Below are positions 62,001 through 64,000 of a stretch of DNA of 64,000 nt, one piece after another (within the stretch, counting starts at the first letter, position 1; every line of letters begins with the position of its first letter). The DNA is from Yuukianura sp. NJ FZ-2021 (lineage: Eukaryota). The stretch spans positions 1,798,001 through 1,862,000 of the forward strand of contig CM102289.1 in assembly GCA_046563655.1 (NCBI GenBank), written 5' to 3'. The position numbers and the translations under genes are program-made. The notes below the pieces were generated by a model. It saw only the letters and a list, made by a program, of their open reading frames with translations. It ran no database searches and was not told where the DNA came from.

Positions 62001-64000
62001 CGGAAGGTTATATATAAAAGTTTTCCTTGAAAATGTCTCGTTAGGACATGAATTAATTGAATAGTTGCGGAAGTCTTAACTTAAGTTACGGAAGAACACA
62101 AAGGGAAGTTAACCCACTTTTTACTAAATTCTCATTTCAAAAATTCCTAGGAATTTCTACTCTGAAAAATTCTCTTCCGCGTTATTAGTTCTTTTTAGTC
62201 ACAAAAACTTTACTCTGAAAGTTTACTTCCTCATCTTTATTTTCATCAACAAACTTCAGTTTGGCAGTCCAACTTTTTTTTCAATTTTTTTGAATTCTGC
62301 CACTCACAGTTGTAATTTGTAGTTTGGAAATTTTTTGGCGGAATTTGAAATTCAATTTCTCTTTTTCTTTTTTTGAAACATTTGTGGCCAATGGGATTCG
62401 GAGTTTGAACTTTGACATTTTCCAAACGGCCTGTAAAGTGTGAAGTGCTTTGGTTTGAGTGTTGTCAGAGACTGTTTGACATTTGTAACAAAGAGAGGGA
62501 GATTTTGAATTGCCAAAGGGCTGCGTTTTGGGAAACAAAAGAGCTCGAAAGGCTTTGAATTGGTTGGAGGATTTAGTAGAAGCAGGAAGAAAAGAGACAG
62601 AGTTGCGATGGGATTTCATTAATTTTAATATTCATTTCTTCCCGCGCTTTTCCTCCAGGAATATTATTATTATTTACATTTTACAATTCATCTTCATTAA
62701 GAAGAGTGACAGTAGGATTTCTCCTGGGGAGAAACAATATACCTTTGGCAGAGCTCTAAGCCCAGCCTTTCCGCATAAAAAGAAACTTCAAAAGCCCGCT
62801 CCCCTTTCGCAAGGTGAAAATGAAAGAAAATTCAGACTTCCATATCTCAAATTTTTATTTTTACCGTTTTTCAACGATTACTATCAGTATTATTCATAAC
62901 TGCTTTTAAAATCTAAAGAAACTCATTAAATCTGCCAAAAATGTTCCTGAAGAAGTTTGGTGAGAAAAAACGAAGACCGACAGATATGTAGAATTTGTTG
63001 TGCGAAATGCACCTTGGATTTCTGAGACAAAACGATTAAAATCGAATAAAATCAAGTCGTGGGTTTTGTTTTCACCGGCAGCGTGCGTTTCTACGACCTG
63101 ATCTAATCACATTATCTTCATTTTTCATTTTATTATTAAAAAGGGCACCTTTTACTTATTTTTTTTAAAGCTTGGAATGAAAAGACCCAAAAAGTGTGAA
63201 CGTGCCTGTACACATAATTTTTCTTCTTTAGTTTCTCTTTTTTCTTTCTAAATTTCTAATCCCAATTGTCAATAAAAGGAAAACGGAGTGTGAACGTGAG
63301 TTAATTTTAATTCTGTTGACTTAAGCTTGTACGAAGAAGAAGAAAGGTCGATTTATTGCTTTGACTCTTCTTGCACCAAACAGAACGAAAGCGCAGAAGG
63401 CGCGACTGTTTGAAAATGGATTGGTTGAGCAAATAAAACGGGAATTAATTAGCACACTCGAATTTATCAACGTGTCACACAATGGGCTCCGAGGGATGCA
63501 ACTCTGATTCTGCACTTTCTGCATTTCCAGCACATCAAAATCAAAATCCAAAGTCGAAACACAGGGTTAGCAAGATCCACCGTTCAAAAAAAAATTTCGA
63601 GCCAAAAATATGGAAAATACTTCTGCCCGCTCTACAAACCGGGTTTGAACTCACAAAATCTGGAAAAGTGCAGAAGTTGAACGAAGCGGAGTTAATGAAA
63701 TTAGTGAAGAAAGGAAAAGAAAGTGAAGGCGACAGACGGTGCGGGAGGATGAAAAAGGATTCGTTGGATTTAAGAGAATGAAATTGTGGAAACAATAGTT
63801 TTTTTTTTTGTATCTCGCCGTTTTCTATAGCCGTTCTTTTCATTTTGATTGGAGGAAGGATTAGAAGCAGAATTATAAAAGACATTGCAAAAACACACTT
63901 TTCCTTTTATAAATTTACTTCCTTCAGTTCATTCTCCCGCCTTTTAGTTTTTAAGATTGTCACCCAAATCCATCTTCATAAAAATTTCATTCACTCCCAC

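Noticed and set aside
56431..64000. Many 60-150 aa ORFs and a few GC-richer patches (about 56.8-57.1, 57.6-58.0 and 58.6-58.95 kb)
   Set aside because: The translations are F/K/L-rich, as expected from AT-rich non-coding DNA, with no consistent exon chain or domain. This is probably 5'UTR intron or regulatory DNA of the DDR-like gene, which cannot be resolved without RNA data.

Overview
AT-rich, intron-containing eukaryotic DNA. The gene content (divergent IR-like and GR-like chemoreceptors, WS/DGAT, mostly 60-100 nt introns) suggests an arthropod, possibly a springtail; this is inference only. From left to right: a 61-copy 59-bp satellite containing an 11-monomer higher-order duplication; chondroitin sulfate synthase (-); a very short SLX4-like gene (SIM + SAP only) (+); five tandem C2H2 zinc-finger paralogs in different states of decay, with a sixth at 37 kb, all ending in a conserved (L/V)x(I/V)xLxRI(D/E) peptide; two GR-like 7TM genes; two convergent IR-like genes, one with an intron that looks like a TIR transposon (introner-like); several MITEs; a WS/DGAT acyltransferase; and an ~18-kb kinase-less discoidin-domain-receptor-like gene (-) with an annexin gene nested antisense in its second coding intron. 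The region beyond ~56.1 kb has no credible coding sequence. All exon structures were derived by hand from GT/AG sites and reading-frame continuity, with no RNA or database support.
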